In this document: positions 46,370 through 56,037 of the stretch, in pieces
How the letters are laid out: every line of letters begins with the position of its first letter
Position numbering within the stretch: the stretch's first letter is position 1
Sequence record: PV231353.1
DNA length: 64,000 nucleotides
Direction: 5' to 3' (one strand)
Notes under the pieces: model-generated
Told to the model about the DNA's origin: nothing
What the model saw: the letters and a program-made list of their open reading frames with translations, nothing else
Database searches by the model: none
Position numbers and translations under genes: made by a program

Positions 46370-46729
46370 TTGGACCACAACGACCCCGCCAAGCCCCTGT
46401 GCAAGATCGCCGTCCTGGCCGGCCCCCTATGGGAGGTCGACACCGACAACTGCGAGACCCTGCTGGTCCCAGTCAAGGACGTCCCGCACCCCTGCGCCGA
46501 GAATTTCCAGGACGAGATCGACATGGCCTTGAACATGAGAGGCGAGGCCATGGACTGGCGCCGCGTCGAGGGCTACGCCGCCGTCCTGCGCGACCCGCGC
46601 GGCTCGGACATGTCGCCCGTCGAGGGTCCGTTCGCCAGCGCCCAGGAGGCCTTCGACTACGTCAAGGACCAGTGGAGCGACCGCATCCCCGGATCGATGG
46701 GGCTGGCGCCCTACGAGGCCCCGCAGTGA
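46370..46729 (+). CDS. hypothetical protein
   Basis: TTG start, GAGGAGG SD. Confidence 0.65.
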   Translation: MDHNDPAKPLCKIAVLAGPLWEVDTDNCETLLVPVKDVPHPCAENFQDEIDMALNMRGEAMDWRRVEGYAAVLRDPRGSDMSPVEGPFASAQEAFDYVKDQWSDRIPGSMGLAPYEAPQ

Positions 46730-46995
46730 TCAAGATCACGCGCCGCATGACCTGGGCTGACGCCGGTCGCTGCTCCAAGACCGACTGGACCGCGTGGCTC
46801 ATCCCCGCCGGCCCGCTGATCGCGGCGCTGCCGTTCGCCGCCCTGACCGGCGCGTGCCTGTCGATCAAGGACCCGACCCACACCAATCTGGCCATCGCCT
46901 TGCTGCCCGGCGCGGCGATGCTCTTCAACGGCTGGATGGCGACGTTCGCCTTCGACCAGTTCCTGCGTGGACGGGCCGGCGAGGAGGTCCGCTGA
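46726..46995 (+). CDS. membrane protein
   Basis: GTG start; two hydrophobic segments. Confidence 0.65.
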   Translation: MIKITRRMTWADAGRCSKTDWTAWLIPAGPLIAALPFAALTGACLSIKDPTHTNLAIALLPGAAMLFNGWMATFAFDQFLRGRAGEEVR

Positions 46996-46996
46996 C

Positions 46997-47425
46997 ATGA
47001 AGCTCTTCATCATCATCCTGGCGGCGATCCTGTGGCTGGGCGACACCGCCCGCGCCCAGTCCCTGCCGTTCCGCCTGACCCAGCCGCTGAACTACGGCAG
47101 TGATCTCCACTACACCGAGACGCGCGACGCGTCCGCCTCGCGCGAGCCGCTCAAGCGGGTGATCGTCGACCTGTCGCGCTCGCCCACGGTGGTCATCGAG
47201 CGGGCCTGGACCTATGCCGAACTCGCCGGCGCCCAGACGACCTGCGGCGAGATCGTCCTCAACGGACGCCGTCAGAGGTTCGTCCTCCAGGAAGGCCCCA
47301 AGACCGCCGTGATCGGCCCGGCGGTGCCCGCCTACTTCTGGTCGCTCGACGTGCCGGACTACCAGTTCCGCAACGCCGGGTGCCTGCGCGACCGCGCCGC
47401 CCTGATCATCCCGCCGAGGTTCTGA
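46997..47425 (+). CDS. secreted protein (Sec signal)
   Basis: MKLFIIILAAILWLGDTARA-Q. Confidence 0.7.
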   Translation: MKLFIIILAAILWLGDTARAQSLPFRLTQPLNYGSDLHYTETRDASASREPLKRVIVDLSRSPTVVIERAWTYAELAGAQTTCGEIVLNGRRQRFVLQEGPKTAVIGPAVPAYFWSLDVPDYQFRNAGCLRDRAALIIPPRF

Positions 47426-47427
47426 TC

Positions 47428-47496
47428 CTGGCGTTCTTGTGTTGACAAGGCCGGAGCCGCTGGCCTAGAACGTCGTGGACGACAACAGGAGGGACC
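47428..47496 (+). promoter_or_regulatory. promoter-leader cassette
   Basis: TGGC-N6-GTG-TTGACA(47442-47447)-N17-TAGAAC ... ACGACAAC-AGGAGG. Confidence 0.9.
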
Positions 47497-47853
47497 ATGC
47501 CGCTCTACGACTTTCCGACCGGACCGACCACGATGGAGGACATCGAGGCGTTCGTCGCCGGCGCCCAGGCGGTGGTGACCGCCCAACTGGCCAAGGCCTT
47601 TCCCGGCGTGTCCGCGCCGGTCCTGGAGATCGCGCCGGTTCACCCGAGCAGCCAGTTCGCCAAGATCGTCGCGGTCGACGCCAGCCAGCGCTCGGCCTGG
47701 GCGTTCGTCCGACTGGAGAACGGCCTGATCTATAAGCCCTCGTCGTGGAAGGTGCCAGCCAAGCATGCGCGCGGCACGATCCATACCGCCGCGCACGGCG
47801 CCGAGTACGTCGACTGGACCGGCCCCCGCTATGTGAAGGACCTGCGTCGATGA
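47497..47853 (+). CDS. conserved phage hypothetical protein
   Basis: AKIV.....SAWAFV....G.IYKP.SWK.PAK..RG.I. Confidence 0.8.
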   Translation: MPLYDFPTGPTTMEDIEAFVAGAQAVVTAQLAKAFPGVSAPVLEIAPVHPSSQFAKIVAVDASQRSAWAFVRLENGLIYKPSSWKVPAKHARGTIHTAAHGAEYVDWTGPRYVKDLRR

Positions 47854-48110
47854 GGAACTTCTCCGTTCTCCTGTCGCTTCATGACGAGCGCCGGCTCTAC
47901 GTGGTCGAGGCGTCGGACCCCGGCAAGGCGGTGGCCTTCGCCAAGCGCGTGGCGGCGGCGCACGACACCGTCGGCTCCAACTGGGAGATGGAAGTCGTCT
48001 TCCACGGCGCTTCCTACCTCGCCATGAAGGGCGCTTCCGTCAAGGTCATCGATCTGCGCTCCAGCGCGCAGGAACCGGTGCCGCACGCTCAGCGTGGGAG
48101 TGGCTGCTGA
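47850..48110 (+). CDS. hypothetical protein
   Basis: ATGA overlap. Confidence 0.6.
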   Translation: MRNFSVLLSLHDERRLYVVEASDPGKAVAFAKRVAAAHDTVGSNWEMEVVFHGASYLAMKGASVKVIDLRSSAQEPVPHAQRGSGC

Positions 48111-48522
48111 TGCGCGTCGAGGACGGAAAGGCCGTCGTCGATGACGTCTGGGCGGTGGTCAAGGGCCACCTGCCCGGAGCCATCCATTTCGTGCGCCTCA
48201 ATTGGGCCGGTCGCCTGCTGCACGGCGGCGACATGCTCCACTACTGGGGCATCCAACAGCCGACCCAGATCCCGGCGTCGCCTATGTCTGGGACGACGAG
48301 ACCAATGACGGCCCGCTCGGTGGCTGGATGGGTCCGGAGACCAAGATCATCGCCCGCTTCGCCGACCAGCGCCAGGGCCTGGACGTCCTGCGCGCGGCGA
48401 TGGAGACCAAGGCGCGCTTCGACGCCCTGGTCCGCCAGGGCGAGGACCTGCTGCTCGCCCTCAAGGTCCAGCGTGACCAAGCCCTGTTCGCGGCCCTGAC
48501 CCAGGGGGTTTCCGAGGCATGA
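48110..48522 (+). CDS. hypothetical protein (frameshift at about 48260)
   Basis: One extra C joins two track ORFs. Confidence 0.6.
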
Positions 48523-48929
48523 GCTTCGCGATCCGCTACTTCCCCGGCCCGCGCCTGGGCTATGGCAAGGTCGTCTCCCGTCACGGGATGCACGTCCTCT
48601 TCCAGGCCTATGGCGGGAACGATCCCCAGCCTGGGACCCTGCCCGAGGTCGTTCACTGGGACGACATCATCGAAGGTCGCTTTGCCTCGGTCGCCAAGGT
48701 CATCCTGGCGATCGACGAATCCATGCGCTGGTTCAAGGCCCTGGAAGCCGAACGCGGCGCCGAGCAGTCCGCCGAGGCGCTCATGACGTATCTGCGGCGC
48801 TACGAGCGCGACGACTGCGAGGTCTGTCACGGCGCGCGCGGCGGGGTGCGAGGCAACGAGAACATCGTCGATGGCAAGGTGGTCTGTGACTACTGCACCA
48901 TGGACATCCTCAACGCGAGGAAAACCTGA
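48519..48929 (+). CDS. hypothetical protein with Zn-finger end
   Basis: CEVC.G.RGGVRGNEN...CDYC. Confidence 0.75.
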   Translation: MSFAIRYFPGPRLGYGKVVSRHGMHVLFQAYGGNDPQPGTLPEVVHWDDIIEGRFASVAKVILAIDESMRWFKALEAERGAEQSAEALMTYLRRYERDDCEVCHGARGGVRGNENIVDGKVVCDYCTMDILNARKT

Positions 48930-49144
48930 TGGGGGCTCACTCCTACTGTCAGAACCGCGACTGTGGCGCGCCGCAGGATCGCCCGACAATCCGCGAGGTC
49001 GTGGAGCGTGAGCGGCGGTGCTACGCCTGCGGGAAGGCCGTTCCGGTCTATGACGACTTGGCCGACGTCCTGGAACGGATGGAGAGCCGGATCGACGACC
49101 TGGAGGCCGAGGTCAAGGCGCTGAAAGGCGCCGAAGCCGAATGA
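48929..49144 (+). CDS. Zn-ribbon small protein
   Basis: CQNRDCG ... CYACG. Confidence 0.7.
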   Translation: MGAHSYCQNRDCGAPQDRPTIREVVERERRCYACGKAVPVYDDLADVLERMESRIDDLEAEVKALKGAEAE

Positions 49145-49539
49145 CCGCGACCCGCCAGGAAATCAAGGCCGTTCTTGACCGCTTGGAGACGCTGCGCGAG
49201 CCCGACCGCGAGGTCGAGCTTGCCGTCTGGAACATCGTCAGCACCCAGGGACGCTGGGAGTGGCATGCCCGCCACGAGTCGATCCGCCAGATCGCCGCCG
49301 ACGGCCTGAGCAGCTATGGCATCTGCTCGCTGGAGCACCTGACCTCGTCGATCAACGACGTGCTGTCGTTCGCCATCTACGCCAATCTCCATCCGCTCGA
49401 ACTCCTGGAGAAGGGTGTGGCCAGGGTCAAGCTGCTTCCGCGCCACCTCTACGATCAGGACTACGAGGTCCAATTCTTCCTCTGCCGCGACATGCTCAGG
49501 GTGATCCTGGAGCATTATCTTGAGAAGGCCCGCGCATGA
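49141..49539 (+). CDS. hypothetical protein
   Basis: 132 aa, overlap. Confidence 0.7.
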   Translation: MTATRQEIKAVLDRLETLREPDREVELAVWNIVSTQGRWEWHARHESIRQIAADGLSSYGICSLEHLTSSINDVLSFAIYANLHPLELLEKGVARVKLLPRHLYDQDYEVQFFLCRDMLRVILEHYLEKARA

Positions 49540-49925
49540 GCTTCGTCTATCTTGCGATCCCCTACACCTCCCAACTGGAGGACGAGGCCGAAGCCAGGGC
49601 CGAGCGCGACGCCCGGATGGTCGAATTCTGGAAGGCCGCCGCCTTTCTGATCGACCGGGGCGATCACGTCGTCTCGCCCATGACCCTGGAGCCGGCCCTG
49701 GTCGCCGTGCCCGACATGCCCTACCGCTGGGAGCACTGGAAGGAATACTCGATCAAGATGATCGGGATTTCATCGAAGCTGGTGGTCCTGCAACTGCCCG
49801 GCTGGTCGACCAGCCGGGGTGTCATCGGCGAGATGCACGCGGCGGGCGAAGCCGGCATCGAGATCGAGTTCCTGACCCTTCAGACGGTCGCGACGTGGCT
49901 GAGCACCAGGGAGATTGAAGCGTGA
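49536..49925 (+). CDS. DUF1937 / nucleoside deoxyribosyltransferase-like fold protein
   Basis: YLAIPY ... VVSP ... LVVL.LPGW..S.GV..E. Confidence 0.7.
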   Translation: MSFVYLAIPYTSQLEDEAEARAERDARMVEFWKAAAFLIDRGDHVVSPMTLEPALVAVPDMPYRWEHWKEYSIKMIGISSKLVVLQLPGWSTSRGVIGEMHAAGEAGIEIEFLTLQTVATWLSTREIEA

Positions 49926-50376
49926 TCCAGTTCCTCAAGGACATCACGGGCGTCACCGCGCGCGAGGACGCCCAGGAACGCGCCAGGGCCAAGGCCCTAC
50001 ATGCCCATCAGTTGGCCCAGGCGCGTAAGGTCGGGGAATTTCAGGTGGTGCAGGAAGACCGCCATATCTTCCATTATCAAATGTTCCTGACCCCTCCACG
50101 CTGGACGGGGATTGGTTCTTCCTGGGGTGCTACGGCCACATCTGTAGCCGGGTCAACGCCCAATCCTTCTCGTCCCTGGAAGAGGCCAAGGTGGCGGGCG
50201 CGGCGGCGGGTGCTCAATGCCGCGAGCGCATCGCCGGCGAGATGGAGCGCCAGCAGCAGTTCCGCAACATCTATGCCCCGCCGGAGTTCCTGGCCAAATC
50301 CGTCAACGCCTTCAGAACGAGCGAGGACCTGCTGATCGAGGTCGCGCGGACGGTGTCCCAGAGGTACCAGCGATGA
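49922..50376 (+). CDS. hypothetical protein (frameshift at about 50108)
   Basis: One extra G joins two track ORFs. Confidence 0.6.
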
Positions 50377-50639
50377 GCGCGGTCGCCCTGAAGTTCGACA
50401 CGCTCGCCGACGCCGAGATGGCGGTCGCCCAGGCGCTCTATGAGCACTGGGTGCGGAGCGAGCGCGCGCGTCATGTCACCTGGAACCTCCCCGGCTGGGT
50501 CGAGCCGCCCGCCTGGGCGGACATGAACTGGACCGAGCGCACCCACTGGCTGGTCGAGGCCGGCCTCGTCGTCGACTGCCTGCTCGAATTCGTCAAGAAC
50601 AACCCCGGCGCCTATGGAGAGAGCCATGAACCGTCGTGA
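50373..50639 (+). CDS. hypothetical protein
   Basis: Start MSAVALKF, ATGA overlap. Confidence 0.7.
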   Translation: MSAVALKFDTLADAEMAVAQALYEHWVRSERARHVTWNLPGWVEPPAWADMNWTERTHWLVEAGLVVDCLLEFVKNNPGAYGESHEPS

Positions 50640-51245
50640 ACTGATCCTGGGCGCCGGCGCGGTCGTCGCGGCCTCGGCCCTGCCGACCGTGGTCGAGGCC
50701 GCGCGCGTCAAGCCCATTCGACGTCTGCTCCTGGAGAGCGGCTTCGTCCAACACGAGACCTTCGCCACCTCCTGGATGGCGACCTGGACGGAAGACCCCA
50801 CGCCTCGCGGCATGCCGAGGTCGTGCGCGCCTGGATCGACGAAACGGTCCAGAGCGGCTATCTCAAGTGCGGCGGCGAGACCTACATCCTCGATAAGCAT
50901 GTGCGGCTTCCGCAGGTGGACTTCACGATCTCGCCGGCCGACAAGGTCTGGTCGCACTGGTCGGGCTGGGTCGAGGAGGAGGGGCTGAAGGTAGTCGTGC
51001 GCGTGCTCGCGTCCGATCCCCAGGTCGATGCGACCTTCGATCCGGTCTATCTGATGAAGACCCGTTGGCAGGCCGACGGGACCCAGGCTCCGGAGGAGAC
51101 TCGCTACCTCGTCCGCCGGCCGCTCCTGCGCTACCACGAGGAGCGCGAGCTTCGCTACGCCCTCGGAGACACCGCCGGCTACTCGCCGAACTCGTTGGTC
51201 GAGTTCGACAATAGCTGGCTTCTCGATATGGCGAAAAGCGCATGA
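50626..51245 (+). CDS. protein with Tat-like signal peptide (frameshift at about 50797)
   Basis: MNRRELILGAGAVVAASALPTVVEAA; one extra C joins to 50823..51245. Confidence 0.6.
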
Positions 51246-51741
51246 TCCGCTCGCGTAACGAGCCGCCCGAGGTCACCGCCAGCAAGATGGCCGAGCGGTG
51301 GTCGGCCCAAAAGAACCTCATCAGCGGTTTCCTGGCGGGGCCGGCGGAGGCGCTGAACGCCAATTGGCAGTATGTGAGCGCGCTCCTCTGGGCGCACTGT
51401 GATCTGCGGGTCGTGGGGATTGGCAGGACCGCCCGGTGCGAGGCTGGACGGCCGAGTCCATCAACGCGCCGTTCGACATCTGCATGATCGAGGACCGTGC
51501 CTCGGCGACGATCCAGAACGGCGATCTCGCCGTGACCATGCTCACCACGCTCCTGCCGCATGCGGAGATCACGATCACCAAGGCGTCCGGACGCAACTGG
51601 GATTGGGAAGTCCTGGTCGACACCCGTTTCGCCGCCCACGCCAAGTTCGAGGGCATGGTCTGGGGCTTTGGCCCCAGCATCGCCCTGGCGGCTTGGCGCG
51701 CCTATTTCAGCTACGTCAACAAGGAGCCCACCGATGGCTGA
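51242..51741 (+). CDS. hypothetical protein (frameshift at about 51409)
   Basis: One extra G joins two track ORFs. Confidence 0.6.
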
Positions 51742-51952
51742 CGTCTTCGATGAGGTCGAGCGCCGCCTGAACCGCCGGCGTCCTGGCTTCTGGATTCACA
51801 AGGTCGCCATCGCGATCATCGTGGTGATCGGCCTGTTGGTCGTCGCCGGCGCCGCCGTCCAGGTCTTCAACCCGACCCTGGCGGTCCAGTGGCAGGCCAA
51901 GCAGGATGCGGCCTATGACCGCGCCTACGAAGAAGCCCGGCGGGCCGAGTGA
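51734..51952 (+). CDS. single-pass membrane protein
   Basis: Start MADVFDEV; one hydrophobic helix. Confidence 0.7.
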   Translation: MADVFDEVERRLNRRRPGFWIHKVAIAIIVVIGLLVVAGAAVQVFNPTLAVQWQAKQDAAYDRAYEEARRAE

Positions 51953-52443
51953 TGGCGATCTTCGCGCCTGAATACACCTGGGAGGCGATCGGCACCGATG
52001 TCGCCGTTGGCCTGACCGAGGCGGTGATCCGGGGCGAGGCCGCGCCGGTCTGTGTCGGCTCCTCGCTGCACGCCATGGAATTCCATGTCATCTGGCGCGG
52101 CGATCTCTACCGGGCCTTCACCGGCATGGGGAGCGATCCCGACTGGACCTGCGCCGAGAAGGGCGTGCGGGTTCCGCATCCGCTGGACGGCAAGAAGATC
52201 GATGAGATCGAGAAGGTCCAGTATCGCGACGAGGAACGCTATCGCCGCGAGATCGAGACCATGCCCGGCCGGCACCTCTACATCTGCCGTAAGACCGATG
52301 ACCTCCAGGACATCCTCGCCCGCATCCCGATGGACCTGCGGATGCGCCACGAGATGTCGAACATGATCACCCTCCTGGCCCGGATGATGCTGGTCCAGAA
52401 CTCCACCCGCACGCTTTCCCGCTCCAAACTCGACCGGTTCTGA
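51952..52443 (+). CDS. hypothetical protein
   Basis: TGATG coupling. Confidence 0.7.
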   Translation: MAIFAPEYTWEAIGTDVAVGLTEAVIRGEAAPVCVGSSLHAMEFHVIWRGDLYRAFTGMGSDPDWTCAEKGVRVPHPLDGKKIDEIEKVQYRDEERYRREIETMPGRHLYICRKTDDLQDILARIPMDLRMRHEMSNMITLLARMMLVQNSTRTLSRSKLDRF

Positions 52444-52444
52444 C

Positions 52445-52966
52445 ATGACCACCCAACGCCTCGATTTCTCCAGCGACGTCAACTGGCCCCCGAAGGTCGA
52501 CTTCGATCTCAAGAAGCTGCGCTACGACGTGGCGGTCGAAATCCTGGAGACCCTGTGGCCCAAGCACCGCCACGACAAGCGCCACGACCTGTCGCTGCTG
52601 GGCTCGCTCTGCAAGGTCAAGTTCGGCGCGGCGGGCTTCAAGGCCGACGACATCAAGGAGCAGACCCTGGCGGTCATGCGCACGCTCGAAGCGGCCAACT
52701 TCGTGCGCAACGACGGCGGCGACTGGCACCTGACGGCGACCGGGGCGATCTGGGTCCTGGTGGCCCGGACCGCGCCCTCGGGCTGGGCGACCGAGAGCGC
52801 CCTGCTCCACCACATCGAACTGGCGACCTTCCCCGCCGCCGAGATCATCTGGGCGGTCGAGTCCTGCCCCTATTTCCACATCCGCAAGGGAAGCCTGTTC
52901 GACGACAAGGTCTTCGATCTCCAGGCCTACCAGCAGCCGCTCGATGGGTGGAACGGATGGCGCTGA
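52445..52966 (+). CDS. hypothetical protein, wHTH-like
   Basis: MRTLEAANFV...WHLTATG. Confidence 0.7.
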   Translation: MTTQRLDFSSDVNWPPKVDFDLKKLRYDVAVEILETLWPKHRHDKRHDLSLLGSLCKVKFGAAGFKADDIKEQTLAVMRTLEAANFVRNDGGDWHLTATGAIWVLVARTAPSGWATESALLHHIELATFPAAEIIWAVESCPYFHIRKGSLFDDKVFDLQAYQQPLDGWNGWR

Positions 52967-53492
52967 CCCCCGAGGCCTGGGACAGCCTGATCCTCGACCT
53001 GCGGACCGCCGCCGAGGACAAGGACCGCGAGGCCTGGGACGACGCGATCCAGGCCCTGGAAAGCGCCTTCGACGAGCATGTCGAGGGACCGCTGGAGAGC
53101 CATCCCAACACCCTGGCCTGGAAGAAGAGCCTCGAAGAGAAGACGCGGTTCCTGGCTGGCTGGCGCCACTGGGGCGGCGGGGCGCGCGACGTCCCCGACG
53201 CCTACCGGGGCGACCCGCACTTCAACCGGGGCCGGTCCGGCGCGGCGATCGCCCAGGACATGAGCGCGGTGAAGGACCTTGACGCGTGTCGCCATCCGGT
53301 CAAGCATCGGATCGCCGGCGGGGATAATCAGGTCCTGCCGCGCCACCCGGCCGTCTACGGCTCCTACGCGGTCGAAATCTGCCGCCTTTGCCGGGGTGGA
53401 CCCTGGTTCAGCACGGGACGCCCCGGTGGCGTCCTGGTCCGTACTATGACGCCTACGAGAAGGCGACGCGCGAGGAAGAGGAGCGCTGCTGA
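52957..53492 (+). CDS. hypothetical protein (frameshift at about 53395)
   Basis: One extra G gives ...CRLCRGWTLVQHG...EEERC*, with the stop coupled to the HNH ATG. Confidence 0.6.
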
Positions 53493-53953
53493 TGCTGCTT
53501 GACCCTTTTTGGTCCAAGGTCCTCAAGGGTCATCCAGACGAATGTTGGCCTTTCATGGCCTATACAAATAAACGCGGGTACGGATGGTTCCATGTACCCG
53601 GTACAATATCCAGCAGTGTTCTAGCCCATAGGTGGGCCTGGGAAAAAGTGTATGGGAAAATTCCGGCCGGACTGAGCGTCCTGCATAAATGTGATAATCC
53701 GCCTTGCTGTAACCCAAGCCATCTATTTTTAGGAACTAGGGTCGATAATAATCAGGATATGACTGATAAAGGGCGGCGTAAGCCTCCACCAGTCAGAAAA
53801 GGAGAAAAGCATCACAAAGCAAAACTCACGCGAGAGCAAGTCCTGGCGATAAGGGCCGATCCGAGGAGGCAGGTAGATATAGCCTTGAGCTATGGTGTAG
53901 GCCAACCGACGATTTCGGCAATCAAGCTGCATAAGATATGGGCTGAAGTATGA
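53492..53953 (+). mobile_element. free-standing HNH homing endonuclease gene
   Basis: CW.F...GYG ... AHRWAW ... VLHKCDNPPCCNPSHLFLGT..DN..D; C-terminal HTH; visibly AT-richer codons than the flanks. Confidence 0.85.
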
Positions 53954-54645
53954 TTTTTGTTTTTGGAGACATACACGGCCGCCTCGACCTCCTGGAGAAG
54001 GCGCGACACGAAATCCGTGTACGCGGCGACTGCACGCAGATGATCTTCCTCGGGGACTATGTCGATCGCGGACCCGATAGCAAGGGCGTCGTCGAGGCCG
54101 TGATGGCGCTCCAGGCCCAGGGCGAGATCGCCCTGATGGGCAACCACGAGGAAATGATGCTGACCGCCTGTCAGATCAAGTCCTACAACGCCATGTCCAA
54201 GCTCTGGGTGTCGAACGGCGGCAAGCAGACCCTGAAGTCCTACGGGGCCGGCGACAATGCCTGGAACGCCAAATGGGACCTGATCCCCCAGGAGCACGTC
54301 GACTGGCTGGCGCGGCTCAAACCGATCCACGAGACGCCGGGGCGGGTGTTCGTCCACGCGGGCCTCGCGCCGGGGGTGGCGATCAAGATGCAGGAGGAGG
54401 AACACCTTCTCTGGATCAGGGACAAGTTCCTCAACGCCTCGGCCGACCAGTTCGAAAAGCACGTCGTCCACGGCCACACCCACACCCATGCGCGCAAGAA
54501 GATCGAAGAGCCCGAGCTTCTCGCGCATCGGACCAACCTCGACACCGGGGCCTTCTATACCGGCGTCCTGGCCGTCGGGGTGTTCGATCCGGACGGCTAT
54601 GGCGGACCCGAGGAGGTGCTGTTGATCCGCGAGGACGACGCATGA
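53950..54645 (+). CDS. Ser/Thr protein phosphatase (metallophosphoesterase, PPP family)
   Basis: GDIHG, GDYVDRG, GNHE, FVHAG, HGHT, LDTG. Confidence 0.9.
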   Translation: MIFVFGDIHGRLDLLEKARHEIRVRGDCTQMIFLGDYVDRGPDSKGVVEAVMALQAQGEIALMGNHEEMMLTACQIKSYNAMSKLWVSNGGKQTLKSYGAGDNAWNAKWDLIPQEHVDWLARLKPIHETPGRVFVHAGLAPGVAIKMQEEEHLLWIRDKFLNASADQFEKHVVHGHTHTHARKKIEEPELLAHRTNLDTGAFYTGVLAVGVFDPDGYGGPEEVLLIREDDA

Positions 54646-55226
54646 TCCCAGACTTCGTCCAGAAGGCGCGCAAGCTCCTGGGCCTCTACGGCGACAAGCC
54701 GAAGGTCAAGCCGGTCGATCCCGCCGCGCCGCTGGGCGGGACGATCGTCGGCCAGGGCTTCGGCTTCCCAGTCCCGCAGGTCCCTTCCGGGAGCAGCCAC
54801 GGCGCCTTGGGCGGCCCTGGCGGCGGATCGATCCACACCGGCTCGGGACATGGCGTCATCATGATGGGGGCGGGCGGTGGCGGCTCAGCCCAAATCCTGG
54901 TCTATAACGGCGCGACGACGACGTGGGCGCCAATGCCCGAGGCGGTGGTCAAGACGGTCGAGAAGCCCAAGACGCGGCCCGGCCTGACGGCGGGAGAGGA
55001 CGAGGTCATCACGACCATGGTTCGCTATGGCGATGTCGAACTGGTTCTGGAGCGCGATCGCAAGTTCGCTTTCGTGCGGCACAAGATGGAGCTTGCCTAT
55101 CCCCGCGTCTCGGGCCGTATGCTCAAGTCCTTGATCAAGAAGGGCTATCTGAAAGCTATCGAGCATGACGAGATGGGCGGCCCGCAGGTGGCGGTAGTCG
55201 TGGCGGGGAAGGTCGCGGTCTGCTGA
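54642..55226 (+). CDS. hypothetical protein with Gly-rich N-terminal half
   Basis: 194 aa, ATGA overlap. Confidence 0.7.
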   Translation: MIPDFVQKARKLLGLYGDKPKVKPVDPAAPLGGTIVGQGFGFPVPQVPSGSSHGALGGPGGGSIHTGSGHGVIMMGAGGGGSAQILVYNGATTTWAPMPEAVVKTVEKPKTRPGLTAGEDEVITTMVRYGDVELVLERDRKFAFVRHKMELAYPRVSGRMLKSLIKKGYLKAIEHDEMGGPQVAVVVAGKVAVC

Positions 55227-55232
55227 ATTTTG

Positions 55233-55303
55233 TTGGCGCGAGAACGTTGACAGCCTCGGCGTGGTGTCATAAAAGCCTCCTCGACGACAACGAGGAGGCC
55301 CCC
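55233..55303 (+). promoter_or_regulatory. promoter-leader cassette with perfect dyad
   Basis: TTGGC-N6-ACG-TTGACA(55247-55252)-N17-TAAAAG; GCCTCCTCG-ACGACAA-CGAGGAGGC (55275-55299). Confidence 0.9.
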
Positions 55304-55723
55304 ATGGCTTACGCAATTCCGGACCTGAGCACGTTCACGTTCCACGACCCCAAGGTCGAACGGTTCGCCAAGGCGATGATCTCGACGATCGAGACCGCCC
55401 AGACCATGCTCACGGCCTTCGCCAACGATCTCGCCGACAATCCTCTTCAGGCGTTCGAGCATAGCTACGGCGCCAAGATGGCCGCCGCCCACAGGGACGT
55501 CGCCAAGGGGCTGCTCAACGAAGTCCTCGACGCGCTGCTGCACGGTCAGGACAAGACCTGGGCCTACATCGGCCAGGACCTGCGCGAGCGGCTGATGTAC
55601 CGCGTGATCTACGCGGCCTCGAACCCGCCGCGCTCGACCAACGCCGAGAGCAACGACATGGCCCGCTTCGTCCTGCGCGCCGAGGCCGACATGCTCGACC
55701 GCATGACCAAGAGCCGCTTCTGA
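55304..55723 (+). CDS. hypothetical protein
   Basis: Start MAYAIPD behind SD. Confidence 0.8.
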   Translation: MAYAIPDLSTFTFHDPKVERFAKAMISTIETAQTMLTAFANDLADNPLQAFEHSYGAKMAAAHRDVAKGLLNEVLDALLHGQDKTWAYIGQDLRERLMYRVIYAASNPPRSTNAESNDMARFVLRAEADMLDRMTKSRF

Positions 55724-56037
55724 TGCGGATCGTCGACTTCGCGACGTTCGTGACGCTTCCGGCTGGGACCCTCTACCAGGAGATCGACCAGTACGGGAGC
55801 CCCATCAGCGCCCTGGCGATCCGCCACGACGTGCTGTTTGACGGCGATCGCCCGTTCGACTTCATCTACGAGGAAATCCTCTACCAGACGGCCGACGGCT
55901 TCCTGGGCGACCCGCCGAAGCTGGCCGAGTTGGGAACCAAGCGCTGGGGGCTCTTCGATGACGAGACCCTGTTCATCGTCTACGAGACGCAGGACCGCGC
56001 CCGGCTGGCCAAGATCATTCTGGGAGGCGCCGCATGA
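55723..56037 (+). CDS. hypothetical protein
   Basis: TGATG coupling. Confidence 0.7.
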   Translation: MRIVDFATFVTLPAGTLYQEIDQYGSPISALAIRHDVLFDGDRPFDFIYEEILYQTADGFLGDPPKLAELGTKRWGLFDDETLFIVYETQDRARLAKIILGGAA

